A DNA stretch of 64,000 nt from NCBI GenBank assembly GCA_963832495.1, contig CAWHUF010000014.1, positions 279,308 through 343,307 of the forward strand. Reading direction: 5' to 3'. This DNA is from an uncultured Acidobacteriota bacterium (lineage in GTDB: Bacteria > Acidobacteriota > Thermoanaerobaculia > Multivoradales > UBA5704). The translations under genes and the position numbers were made by a program. The number at the start of each line of letters is the position of its first letter. The first letter of the stretch is position 1. This document shows, one piece after another, positions 19,189-29,151 of the stretch. Below the pieces are notes generated by a model. The model saw only the letters and a program-made list of their open reading frames with translations. It did not search any database and was not told where the DNA came from.

Positions 19189-19451
19189 CTTGGCTCTCCT
19201 TTTCGGGATATGCGTTTTACACCCTTCAGAGTGCATAAGAGAGGCTGAAGCGAGCCGCCACGGATTCCCTGTCCGAGCATCCCTGGAAGAGGTGCGGCGG
19301 CCGGCGGTGGAGCCTTTAGGAGACAGTGGTGTCCGTTTCTGTGTACAGGACCAGACAGGATCGTCAAAGCCCAATGGCGATCGGCTACGCATCGAGGATG
19401 GAGGGACGACGGTGGTGTGCTGGGGGCCGGGAGGCTGAAAAGGTTACTGAA

Positions 19452-19486
19452 AGCCCCGCCCCCGGCACAGCGCGGGGGCGGGCTCA
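19452..19486. terminator. rho-independent terminator-like hairpin downstream of paralogue 4
   Basis: The hairpin GCCCCGCCCCCGgcacagcgCGGGGGCGGGC is followed on the minus strand by TTTCAGT. Confidence 0.5.
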
Positions 19487-19508
19487 TTGAGTTCAGCTCG
19501 GGCGCGGT

Positions 19509-19838
19509 TTACGGAAGGATCGGGCCGCAGTCTTCCTTGCAGCCGTACGTCGCGATACCGTCCACCACCCACATGCTGCCGGACTGATAGCAGGGCGGAA
19601 TGACCAGGGCGCAGACAGCCGTGGAGCTGCCGCAGGTCAGAGCGGCCTCCGCTCGCGCCTCGTTCCGGTACGCCGTCTGGGCCTCCGAGCACGTGGCCGC
19701 CATGTGCCAGTACTGCTGAGTGGTGTACCCGGCGTTGTCACAGCACATGATGGCGTGGGCCGGTTCCGGCGTCGAGAGCGCCGCGGTACAAGCGAATACG
19801 GCAATGACCACAGCGCCCAGCAGAGCAAATCTCTTCAT
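19509..19838 (-). CDS. small secreted cysteine-rich protein, paralogue 4
   Basis: It encodes MKRFALLGAVVIAVFACTAALSTPEPAHA|IMCCDNAGYTTQQYW ... CGSSTAVCALVIPPCYQSGSMWVVDG ... GCKEDCGPILP. The RBS is AAAGGAG. Confidence 0.8.
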   Translation of the reverse strand: MKRFALLGAVVIAVFACTAALSTPEPAHAIMCCDNAGYTTQQYWHMAATCSEAQTAYRNEARAEAALTCGSSTAVCALVIPPCYQSGSMWVVDGIATYGCKEDCGPILP

Positions 19839-19959
19839 TCCTTGTCTCCTTTCAGAAGGGACTTCGTACGGTATACATTGTACGTGCCAGGGGGTAAAAG
19901 GTTTGAGATCAGGAGCAGAAAATTCTGATCCAATATGTTGGATGGGCTGGTTGTTCTGA

Positions 19960-20026
19960 GTTATTTTTTAAAATATTACTATCGGAATGGGGAGAGGCAG
20001 TCCGCAAGCGAGACGGACTGCCTCCG
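19960..20026. terminator. A/T-rich segment plus hairpin downstream of paralogue 5
   Basis: An A/T-rich stretch gttattttttaaaatattac precedes the hairpin GAGGCAGTCCGcaagcgagaCGGACTGCCTC. On the minus strand the hairpin is followed by a T-rich run. Confidence 0.5.
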
Positions 20027-20048
20027 AAGCTGGCTGGCGTATCCGGGA

Positions 20049-20375
20049 TCAGGGGATGGGAGGGCCGCAATCCACCATGCACCCGTGGTACATGTGCCCG
20101 TCCACCACCCACATGCCACCGGACTGGTAGCAGCCGGGGATCGAGATGCTGCACGGATCCCCGCCGCCGCAGTTGGCGTAAGCTTCGTCAATCGCCGCAG
20201 CCCGGAACGCCGACTGGGCTGCCGCGCACGTTGGCTCCATCAACCAGTACTGGCTGGTGCCGTAGCCGCCGGGACTGTCGCAGCACGGGAAGGCGGCCAG
20301 TTTCGGCGTCGAGAGAGCGGCGGTACAGACGAGGACAGCCACCAGCAGGACACCCAGCAAGGCAGTTCTCTTCAT
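20049..20375 (-). CDS. small secreted cysteine-rich protein, paralogue 5
   Basis: I chose the internal start MKRTALLGVLLVAVLVCTAALSTPKLAA|FPCCDSPGGYGTSQYW ... , with an AAAGGAG RBS. Confidence 0.75.
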   Translation of the reverse strand: MKRTALLGVLLVAVLVCTAALSTPKLAAFPCCDSPGGYGTSQYWLMEPTCAAAQSAFRAAAIDEAYANCGGGDPCSISIPGCYQSGGMWVVDGHMYHGCMVDCGPPIP

Positions 20376-20449
20376 GTCTCTTCTCCTTTCAGAAAAGACG
20401 ATCCACACTTATGGGTGCGTGGGAGGGATTGAAGCGAGCCGGGAGCCGC

Positions 20450-20487
20450 AAAAGAAAGCCCGTCCAAGGAAACGGGCTTCTTCTTGG
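20450..20487. terminator. bidirectional rho-independent terminator between paralogues 5 and 6
   Basis: The hairpin AGCCCGTccaaggaaACGGGCT has T-runs on both strands (TTCTTCTT / TTTCTTTTG). Confidence 0.6.
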
Positions 20488-20513
20488 CCTACTTTGCTAC
20501 CAAGAAGAGTTTT

Positions 20514-20843
20514 TCATGGCAGAGGCGGGTCGATCGGGCACTGCTCGCGGCAGCCATGCGACGCGATCCCGTCCACCACCCACATGTTGCCGGACTGGTA
20601 GCAGCCGGGAATCACAAGGCCACAGGCCCCCGAACCGCCGCAGTTGGCGTTGGCGTCCACCAGCGCCGCGGCCCGGTAGGCCGACTGGGCCTCTGAGCAC
20701 GTGGCTGCCATGTGCCAGTGCTGGTTCGTTTCGTAATAGCCCTCGCAGCACAGGATAGCGTGAGCCGCTTTCGGCGTTGAGAGGGCGGCGGTACAGGCAA
20801 GTACCGCCACGAGCAATGCTCCTAACAATGTAGCTCTCTTCAT
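20514..20843 (-). CDS. small secreted cysteine-rich protein, paralogue 6
   Basis: It encodes MKRATLLGALLVAVLACTAALSTPKAAHA|ILCCEGYYETNQHW ... CGGSGACGLVIPGCYQSGNMWVVDG ... GCREQCPIDPPLP. Confidence 0.8.
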   Translation of the reverse strand: MKRATLLGALLVAVLACTAALSTPKAAHAILCCEGYYETNQHWHMAATCSEAQSAYRAAALVDANANCGGSGACGLVIPGCYQSGNMWVVDGIASHGCREQCPIDPPLP

Positions 20844-20950
20844 CTTTGCCCCTTTCAGAAGGTGCTTCGTCTACTAGTCAAGGTGCTGGAGGCAGGCTGA
20901 AACGAGCCACTGCGAGACATGATATTCTGGCGACAGTTGAGGATTATTGC

Positions 20951-21556
20951 ATGAAATATAAAACAACGTTCCCAAGATCCCTGGCGCTGGCCGCCGTAGT
21001 GGGTGTCCTCTCCGGTGCCTGCGCTTCCACAGTACCGACTCCGCGTTCCCAGGCTGAGACCGAGGCCGTGCGCGAGCAGGACGTCTCGGATGCCCGGCTC
21101 GAGACCGAGGTCCGTCTGGCTCTGCTCGAGAAACTCGGCGAGGACGGGCTCGGCGTGACGGTCGAGGCGCTTGGGGGCCGGGTCAGTCTGATCGGCGCTG
21201 TGGACAAGCGCACCACCCAGGAACTGGCCGAGGAGGTCGCGAAATCGGTCCCAGGGGTGCAGAGCGTGGAGAATCGTCTCTTTGCCCGCCAGGAATCGCC
21301 CGAGAAGACCGCGGCCGGCCGCGCGGCCGGCTCCGCCGAGCGCGAGGTGAACGACGCCGTGCTCGAAATGCGGGTGGGCAAGAATCTGTTGGGAGAGATC
21401 GGCCGCTATGCAATGGACCTCGAGGTCGAGGCGACCGATGGTGTGGTCAGCCTGCGCGGTACGCTGCCCGACAGGGAGCGCAAGTCGCTGGCCTTGAAAA
21501 CGGCCCAGGGCACCTCGGGAGTCAAAAAGGTCGTCGATCTGTTGCAGGTACAATAG
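20951..21556 (+). CDS. BON-domain lipoprotein (OsmY-like, two BON domains)
   Basis: I chose the internal start MKYKTTFPRSLALAAVVGVLSGAC, which carries a lipobox, with GAGGA 9 nt upstream. Two BON-like repeats follow (VRLALLEKLG ... VTVEALGGRVSLIGAV ; VLEMRVGKNLLGEIG ... VEATDGVVSLRGTLP). Confidence 0.75.
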   Translation: MKYKTTFPRSLALAAVVGVLSGACASTVPTPRSQAETEAVREQDVSDARLETEVRLALLEKLGEDGLGVTVEALGGRVSLIGAVDKRTTQELAEEVAKSVPGVQSVENRLFARQESPEKTAAGRAAGSAEREVNDAVLEMRVGKNLLGEIGRYAMDLEVEATDGVVSLRGTLPDRERKSLALKTAQGTSGVKKVVDLLQVQ

Positions 21557-21600
21557 CTGGACGGTTCCGTTCGATCTGGCATCATCAACTTTTTTACCCA

Positions 21601-21885
21601 TTGGAGAGAGGCGTGTCTCTGGCAAGCTGGTTCCGTAATCTGTTGACCCCCCGGCCGCAGCCCGCCCAGGCCGAGCTCGGCCGCAACGACCTCTGCTGGT
21701 GTGGCAGCGGGAAGAAGTACAAGAAGTGCCACCTCAAGAGCGACGAGCTGAAGCGGATCGAGGACGGCTACGCCGCCCGGGCGGCTGCCGCCCAGAAACG
21801 GGCGAGCGGTGGCATTGTGCCTGGCAGCGGCGGTAAGAAGGCCCAGAAACCGGAGAAGGCTGCCGAGCCCCCGGTCAAGCGTTGA
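21601..21885 (+). CDS. SEC-C motif domain protein
   Basis: It contains the CWCGSGKKYKKCH metal-binding SEC-C motif. Confidence 0.6.
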   Translation: MERGVSLASWFRNLLTPRPQPAQAELGRNDLCWCGSGKKYKKCHLKSDELKRIEDGYAARAAAAQKRASGGIVPGSGGKKAQKPEKAAEPPVKR

Positions 21886-21909
21886 CCCGCATCCCTCTCC
21901 CGTCCTCCA

Positions 21910-21945
21910 ACGAAGCCGCCCCGAGAGGGGCGGCTTCGCTTTTGG
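21910..21945. terminator. bidirectional rho-independent terminator between convergent genes
   Basis: The hairpin GAAGCCGCCCCgagagGGGGCGGCTTC is followed by GCTTTTGG. Confidence 0.6.
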
Positions 21946-21952
21946 GCAGACG

Positions 21953-24900
21953 TCAGGAAGTGCGGCGGCGGCGCATCTGGACGAGTGCGGCGCCGGCGAG
22001 CAGGAGGATGAGGACGGCGAAGCCGATCTCGGAGAGCGTGGGGATGTCCGCCATCAGTGGGGCTCCCGCGATCACCACGGTCGGATCTCCGGGCGCCGCG
22101 GTGTTCGGATCGTCCGTCACGGCATTGGTTTCGTTGGTGCCGTTGCCGTCGGCGTCAAAGGAGACCTGACCCTGGTTGGAGATCGCCTGGCCGCCGGTGG
22201 TGACGAGGGCGTTGATGGTGATCGTCACCGAGCCGCCCAGGGGAGCGATGGAGCCGTTCCAGGTCACCGTGTTGGTGGGGATCGTGGCCACCGCTGTGCC
22301 CGAGGTGGCGCTGGCGCTCACCAGGGTGAGAGCCGCGGGCAGCACGTCGGTGAATTCGTTGCCGGGGTTGTCCGGCTGGCTGGAGGTGCCGTTGTTGGTG
22401 AGCGTCACGGTATAGGTGACCGCGCCGCCCTCCGTGAAGTTGCCGGAGACCGTCTTGGTGGCGCTCACCAGGGGCAGGGGAGAGAAGGGCGTGCAGGCGA
22501 AGGCCGTGGGCGTCACGATCAGCGACCAGGCGTTGAGCGTGCCCGTTTCGGGGCCGAAGATGTCGGACACCAGGACCTTCCAGTCGCCCTGGGTGGACAG
22601 GCCGTCCACCCGGGAGAGCTGGCCGACGGGGTCGGGGAAGATGTTCGGATTGCCGAACAGCAGCCAGATCTGCGAGTTGAAGGCCGGCGCCCAGGAGCCG
22701 GTGAAGGGCGCGTCGGTGTCGGCCGACTGGTTGAGGTCGTTCGTGGATTCGTCGTCGATCACCGTGTTGAGGAAGTCGTCGCCGTCACCGCCGCCCAGCA
22801 AGGCGGCCTCGCGCTGCCAGATCAGGTCGGCGCCGTAACCATTGGGGGCTTTCAGGAGCACCGTCAGGTCGCCGGTGAAGGTGTGCTGGAGGTCGTCCAC
22901 CCGGAAATCGAGATCGGCGATCTCCAGGTCGTCGGCGACCGTCAGGGTGTCGACGATGCCCCGCCGGTCGCCGTCCGGGATGGCCAGGCCGGGAGCCAGG
23001 GTCTTGGTGAAGGTCACGGGCGCGCCGGTGCCCGAGGCGGCGCCCACGCGGACCGTGAAGCCGGCTGTCGAGGTGCCGAGGGCGCTCACGGTGGTCAAGG
23101 TGAAGCGGAGCGACTGGCCGCAAAGGGCGCTGGGCGAAACCGTGAACAGGAAGGTGTCGCCGTTGGCGGTACCCTGGGCCGCGATGGCGCCGTAGGTGGA
23201 CGCGCCATCGAAGATCGTCACTCCCGCCGTCGAGGAGGTCAGGGTGGCTGTGGCGCCGGCGGCGTTGAACGCCGAGCTCCGCCAGGGATTGGTCAGGCTC
23301 ACTGTGAGCCGGACGGGCTCGCCGGGATCGATCGCGCCGTTGTTGTTCCCCAGGCTGTCGTCGACGGTCGTGGCCGCCACGTCCAGGTGGGGCAGGGAGA
23401 ATGACTCGCCCACGCCCAAGTGGGCGACGCCGGAGAAGCCTGCGTGCCCCAGGGGTGAGACGGCGCCGTAGCCCAGGCCGCGGTCGGCGAAGCCTTCCCA
23501 GATCCACCGCTCGTTGGCGCAGGCGTTGGTGGCGCAGTCGGCCAGGATCAGGGCATCGCGGGCGTCGGTGAAGCTGGGGTTCGACGGCGTCATCTTGAGC
23601 CCGTCGGTGACGAGCTGGAGCATGGTCTGGTTACCGGTGGGCACGTCGCCGTTGGCGCCCGCGGGGTCGGCGATGATGCGGGCCCGGACTTCCCACAGCG
23701 ACACGGCCCAGATCTCTCCGGCGTTGAAGATGTCCATGGCGCCGTTGATCGAGCCTCCCAGGGGACTGGGGGGGATGCCGCCGGAGACATTGGCGGTCGT
23801 GTCGTCCACGTCCGCCCAGGTCAGGGGGTTGACCGAGTTGTCGGTCGAATACGGGAAGCGGCGCGAGCCGTAGAGGTAGTTCTCGACCAGGTGGTTGTTC
23901 TGGTACTTGGAATAGGAGTGGTAGGCGTAGTTGGCGTCGGGATCGTCGGCGTTGGTGTTGTTGAGCAGGGCGAGGGCGTAGAAATCGCTCCAGCCCTCTC
24001 CCAGGGCGCGGCCGACGCTCCAGAGGAGGCCGCCGGCGTTGCCGACCAGGCGGTTGGAGGTGCCGTGGGTCAACTCGTGGAGGATGATCTCGGAGTCGAG
24101 GTCGCTGTCGCGGTTCGGGATGGGCTCGATGAACCGGTGCATGGTCAGGCGGCCGGACGCGCCGTCCGGCGGGGTCGAGAAGCTGGGGACGTTCTGCCCC
24201 TGTCCATCCTGGGCGTCGGCACGGATCCGGTCGTTGCCCACCCCCATGCCGCTGAAGTTGACCTGCTGGAAGTTGCCGGCGGCCTCGTCGAAGCCCAGGT
24301 TGAACAGCCGGTCGTGGTACCAGTTGGCGACGTAGAAGAGATGGGTGACGGCGCCGCGCCGGTAGTTGATCTGGGTGACGCCGTTGCCGGTCGGCTCGTC
24401 GCCCGCGTCCGGGTTGCCTCCCAGCGGCGCCGGCGTGTAGCTGTAGTCGCGCGGCGCGGCACCCAGGAAGTCGCGGTTGTTGCTGTTGCCGTCCGGGTTG
24501 CCCACCGGCCGGCCGTTGTTGTCGATCGTGCCGATGTCACAGACGTTCCGTTCCGTGGCGATGGGGGTGACGATGCGGTCGACGCAGGCGTCCACGTTGT
24601 TGCCGGTCGTGGTCGTGCCGCCGTCCGGGATCCAGCCGTCGGGGCTGGCCGTGATGTCCTGAGCGGTCAGCATGCTTACCGTGGTGCGGGAGATCTCCGG
24701 AAACTGGGTGCCCGCGCCCGGCGCGACGGTGGTGGGCGAGTGGGGCGCCGGGCTGTCGGCCGGGGTGACGCCGTCGGCCTGGACGTAGACGTTGAAGCGG
24801 GCCTGCTGGGTGGAGACGTGCTCCCGGATGTCCTTGCGCCAGAGCAGGGTGCCGGTGGTCGCGTCCACCAGGGTGAACCAGTCGGAGTCGCCGCTGGTGA

Positions 24901-25670
24901 AGGTGACCTGGCGCCAGGCGGGCACCAGCCGTCCGGGCGCCGCCGCGAAGTAGACGAGGCCGCTCGACGCGTTGCCGTCCGTCTCCTCCACGCCGGCCGC
25001 CTTCAGGGCCTCCTTGGAGGAGATCTTCGCCAGCGAGATCGGGGTGGCCGCGGCGCCCGCGGGCACCAGCAGGCCCAGTGAGCGCCAGACCCGTCCCTCG
25101 CGGTCGAGGATGAACCGCGTCTCACTCTGGAAAATGGGGTGACCGTCGATCCGCTGCTCGACCCGCACCATGCGCAGGCCGCTCTTCGGGCTCACGCTCT
25201 CGCCGATGAAGTGGAGGCCGTCGATCTCCTCCGAGGTCAGGCCGTATAGGGCTCTGTTGGTGCGCAGGAAGTCGCGCACGATGTCGATGCCGGGCCGGCC
25301 GGGCGCCGGTGCGGACAGCGCTCTTCTCTCTCCGGACACGATCTCGGGTGCGGCGGTGATCTCCGAGAACCGGGCGTTGGCGCCGGGTGCCTGGACCCGC
25401 AGGCGTTCGAGCGCCTGCTTCATGGTCCGGACCTGCTGAGTGAGCTCCGCCCGGGTGGGCGCGCTCTTGAGCGGCACCCCGGCGCTCCCGGAGAGGACCG
25501 TGGCCAGGGTGCGCGGCGCCATGACCCGGGCGTCGTAGTTGCCGGTGGGGAGCTTCGGTTTCTGCGCCGGTGCCGCGATCGCCCCCTGGGGAAGGAAGAG
25601 CAACATCAACAAGGCAGCTTCACCAAGGAGGAGCACGGGGGGCCTCTGGCCCGGGAACTTCCAGCGCATG
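21953..25670 (-). CDS. secreted M36 (fungalysin-like) metallopeptidase with proprotein-convertase P-domain, DUF11 repeat and IPTL-CTERM sorting signal
   Basis: The signal peptide starts at internal Met MRWKFPGQRPPVLLLGEAALLMLLFLPQGAIAAP, with a GGAGAT RBS. It contains ILHELTHGTSNRLVG (the M36 HExxH motif). A P-domain-like segment is present (FTGDLTVLLKAPNGYGADLI). A DUF11-like segment follows (VTYTVTLTNNGTSSQPDNPG ...). The C-terminus is IPTLSEIGFAVLILLLAGAALVQMRRRRTS (IPTL-CTERM). Confidence 0.8.
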
Positions 25671-26139
25671 GGGGATCTCCTAAAGTCTTGACGTCTATTT
25701 GAAGATGTGCGGCCAGGGAGGAGAAGCGAGACCGCATCCTTCAAAGTCAGCAAGATTCTTCAAAAATCGGAACACACCCGGGGACGGGAGTGGAGAGGCG
25801 GCAAGCAGGACAGGAACCATCATGCGTTAGATCCTCCGCGAGGGCTGAATCGGACAGGGCCAGCGTACCCGTGTGACTCCGTTTGCCGGTTGCTTGAGCA
25901 AGAGCGGTGCCGCCCCTGGTTCCCAGGGTGAGGAAGGCTCAGGCGTCCCTGCGGGATGACAGGAGCGTCCTCGGCGGCCCTTGACACTCGAAGAGCGCCG
26001 CCCTACCATCTTGAAAACCGAACGCTCGTTCCGTGAACGCTTGTTCTGGATCTCATGGCGAAAGAACCCAAACGGCGAACCCAGGCGGACAAGTCCGACG
26101 CCTCGACCCGCAAGGTCCTGAAGGCGGCGCTGTCGCGGC

Positions 26140-27274
26140 GCCGCGTTCCTCTATGCCGACGACCGCTCGCGGATCGACACGTACCAGGAAGGGCTCTTCA
26201 TCTACGTGACCGACACCCGCGCCCTGCCGCTCGCCTACGCCTACGGCGAAGGGCTCCGCGGACATCTCGCGCGACACCAAGCGCTACGCCGCCTTCGTCC
26301 AGGACGAGTGGCGCCCGCGGCCGAACCTGTCGTTCAACGCCGGTGTGCGGTACGACGTCGACGACGGCGGCAACAATCCCGGCTTCACCCATCCGCTGAT
26401 CCCGGAGCCGCGCAAGAAGGATACGAATGACATCCAGCCGCGCCTCTCGTTCTCGTGGGATCCGTCTTCGAACGGCAGCAACGTCATCCGTGCCGGCGTG
26501 GGCATGTTCAACGGCCGCTACCTGCTCGTGCCGGCCTTCACCGAGCTGCAGCAGAACGGCGTCACCGGCCGCCTCCTCCGCACCCGGCTCAACGGCGCTC
26601 TCCTGGGGCTGAACGTCCCGCCCTTCGTCCTCGATCCGAACAACCCCCGCAACACCGGCATCCTGCTCGCCCCGGACATCACCCTGCTGGCCCCGGACCT
26701 GGAGACGCCCGAGTCGGTCCAGGGCAGCCTGGGCTGGACCCACCGCTTCGGCGCCAGCCGCTTCTTCTTCGACACCGAGGGCGTCTGGGCCGAGGGGGAC
26801 AATGAGATCGTCATCCGCGACATCAACTTCAACGGCAACTCGAACCCCATGCGGCCGATCCGGACCTACAACCAGGTCAACATGTACACCAACGACGGCC
26901 GGTCCGAGTACAAGGCGCTCATCCTGCGCCTGAACGGCACACTCCGCCAGTCGGACCTGATCACTGCTTCGGTGACCTTCGCGGACAAGAAAAACATTGC
27001 TGATGACTTCAGCCCGGTGTTCCGCCAGCTCAGTCTGCGCCTCGCCAAGAGCTTCCGGTTCTTCAGCGACCAGCGGCTGGACGTGATCGCCGAGGCCTTC
27101 AACCTGACCGATGCCACGAACTACGACGTCAACTCGATCGATACGGCCCAGTTCCTCTCGGGTCCCACGCTGGCCAACCCAACGCTGCCCTTCGTGCCCA
27201 ATCCGAACTTCGGCCAGGCCCGGGCGACGCTGCCGGGCCGGGAGATCCAGCTCGGCCTGCGGTGGGCGTTCTGA
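26140..27274 (+). pseudogene. TonB-dependent receptor, C-terminal barrel fragment only (no plug domain or signal peptide; internal frameshift near 26270)
   Basis: ORF 26345..27274 ends ... REIQLGLRWAF, the characteristic C-terminal Phe of TonB-dependent receptors. The upstream segment reads ... FLYADDRSRIDTYQEGLFIYVTDTRALPLAYAYGEGLRG then shifts frame to ... RDTKRYAAFVQDEWRPRPNLSFNAGVRYD. No N-terminal half precedes it. Confidence 0.65.
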
Positions 27275-27276
27275 AG

Positions 27277-28020
27277 ATGGCACTGATTTCGGAAAGGGTT
27301 GTCATCGTCACCGGTGGCGCGGCGGGCATCGGCCGCGCCACGGCCCGCCGCTTCGCCCAGGACGGCGCCAGGGTGGCCGTCTGGGACGTCAAGGAAGCTG
27401 AGACCTCCGAAGGGGTCTTTCAGAAAGTGGATGTGACCAACGCCGCGGCGGTCGAGGCCGCCGTGGCCGAGGTCGTGGAGCGGTGGGGGAGGATCGACGT
27501 GCTGGTCAACAACGCCGGCATCCTCCGCGACCACCAGCTCATCAAGTGGAAGGACGGCCAGAAGCTCGCGGAGATGCCGGAGAAGGACTTCGATGCCGTG
27601 GTCTCGGTCAACCTCAAGGGGGTCTTCCTCTGCACCCGGGCCGTGGCGCCCCGCATGATTGAAGGCGGCGGCGGGGTCATCCTCAACGCCTCTTCGATCG
27701 TGGGGCTCTACGGCAACTTCGGCCAGACCAACTACGCCGCCACCAAGGCCGGCGTGATCAACATGACCAAAACCTGGGCGCGCGAGCTGGGGCGGTACAA
27801 CATCCGCGTCAACGCCGTGGCCCCGGGCTTCATCGCCACGGAGATGGTCACGGCCATGCCCGAGAAGGTGCTCCAGGGCATGGTCGCCCACACCCCCCTG
27901 GGCCGCATGGGCAAGCCCGAGGACATCGCGGAAGCCTACTTCTGGCTGGCCTCGGACGCCGCCGGCTTCGTCCACGGCACGGTGCTCTCGGTGGACGGTG
28001 GACTGGTCGGCGGGACCTGA
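27277..28020 (+). CDS. SDR-family oxidoreductase (3-oxoacyl-ACP reductase FabG-like)
   Basis: It has VIVTGGAAGIGRA (TGxxxGxG), NNAG, and an S ... YxxxK catalytic set (NASS ... YAATKAG). Start is the in-frame ATG at 27277. Confidence 0.85.
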   Translation: MALISERVVIVTGGAAGIGRATARRFAQDGARVAVWDVKEAETSEGVFQKVDVTNAAAVEAAVAEVVERWGRIDVLVNNAGILRDHQLIKWKDGQKLAEMPEKDFDAVVSVNLKGVFLCTRAVAPRMIEGGGGVILNASSIVGLYGNFGQTNYAATKAGVINMTKTWARELGRYNIRVNAVAPGFIATEMVTAMPEKVLQGMVAHTPLGRMGKPEDIAEAYFWLASDAAGFVHGTVLSVDGGLVGGT

Positions 28021-28980
28021 TGCTCCACGGCGACCTCCTGGGGATTGCCAAGGGTGAGCGTTTCGCCCTGCTGGCGGACAACCGCGTCGAGTACATGGAC
28101 GCCCTCTTCGCCGCGCCCAAGGCTGGGGTGGTCCTCGTCCCCTGGGCACGCGCCTGACACCCCGGGAGATCGCGGGGATCCTGGACGACGCAAAGCCCGC
28201 CGGTCTCCTCTACGGAGCCGAGCACGCCGAGACGGTGCGCGCGCTTCAAAACCTGATCGATCTGGATGATTGGATCGCTCTCGACGAACCGATCGCACCG
28301 GGGCACCGCGCCTTGCGGGACCTCGCTGTCCCTGAGACCCCTTGGACGCGCGAGCGCTGCGATCCCGAAGATCTCTGGTGCCTGCTCTACACATCGGGTA
28401 CCACGGGCAAGCCCAAGGGTGTCATGCTGCCGCACCGCATGATCGTCTGGAACGGCTACAACACCGTCGTGGGCTGGCAGCTCCGGGCGGATGACGTGAG
28501 CCCCATCTTCACGCCGCTCTATCACGCGGGCGGCCTGGGAGCTTTCCTGGTGCCCATCGTCACGATTGGCGGCACCCTTGTTTTACATCGCGGCTTCGAC
28601 GCCGGAGAGGTCTGGCGCACGATCGAGCGCGAGGGCTGCACGGTTGTCCTCGGCGTGCCCACCATCTACAAACTGTTGATGGAGGACCCGGGTTTCGAAA
28701 ACGCCGACCTCTCCCGCCTCCGCTGGCTGATCAGCGGCGGCGCGCCTCTCCCGGCGTACCTGATCGAGGCGTATCAACGCCGCGGTGTCGTTTTCAAGCA
28801 GGGCTACGGCCTGACCGAGGTGGGGGTGAACTGTTTTTCCATGACGGTCGAGGAATCGGTCGCCAAGCCGGGCTCCATTGGTAAACCTTTGATGTTCACA
28901 GAAACCCTTTTGATCGATGAGGACGGGAAAGAGGTGCCGGTGGGGGAGGTGGAGAGGCTCCCCCGCGCCCCGGGGATTCC
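28020..28980 (+). pseudogene. AMP-dependent synthetase/ligase (acyl-CoA synthetase) fragment, 5'- and 3'-truncated with an internal frameshift
   Basis: The first segment reads ... LADNRVEYMDALFAAPKAGVVLVPW. After a frame change it continues LYTSGTTGKPKGVMLPHRM (the AMP-binding signature) and ... GYGLTEVG. The reading frame then runs into the antisense of a hydrolase fragment with no proper C-terminus. Confidence 0.65.
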
Positions 28981-29151
28981 GGAGGCCAGGGCCTGGGAGT
29001 GCTCGAGAGGGAACATGCGGTCCTCCTCGCCGGCCACGATCAGGGCCGGACACTGGACGCGCGGCAGGTCGGGTGTGAGGTCCAGCCCTTCGAGGGAGGA
29101 GAGGATCCCCGCGATCCATGGGCTGCGGCGACACCTCGAAATTCGATTCAT
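28960..29151 (-). pseudogene. alpha/beta-hydrolase C-terminal fragment
   Basis: The minus frame encodes ... LPRVQCPALIVAGEEDRMFPLEHSQALASGIPGARG, a typical alpha/beta-hydrolase C-terminal segment. It lacks an N-terminal catalytic core and abuts the ligase fragment tail to tail. Confidence 0.5.

Noticed and set aside
21809-23404. 531-aa plus-strand ORF and many other >100-aa ORFs antisense to the M36 peptidase, giant proteins, hybrid kinase and others
   Set aside because: They are Arg/Gly/Ala-rich low-complexity translations on the strand opposite strongly supported CDSs. This is a GC-driven artefact.
25754-26055. Intergenic region scanned for tRNA or ncRNA
   Set aside because: No cloverleaf-compatible pairing or conserved ncRNA motif was recognisable by eye. 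It was left unannotated.
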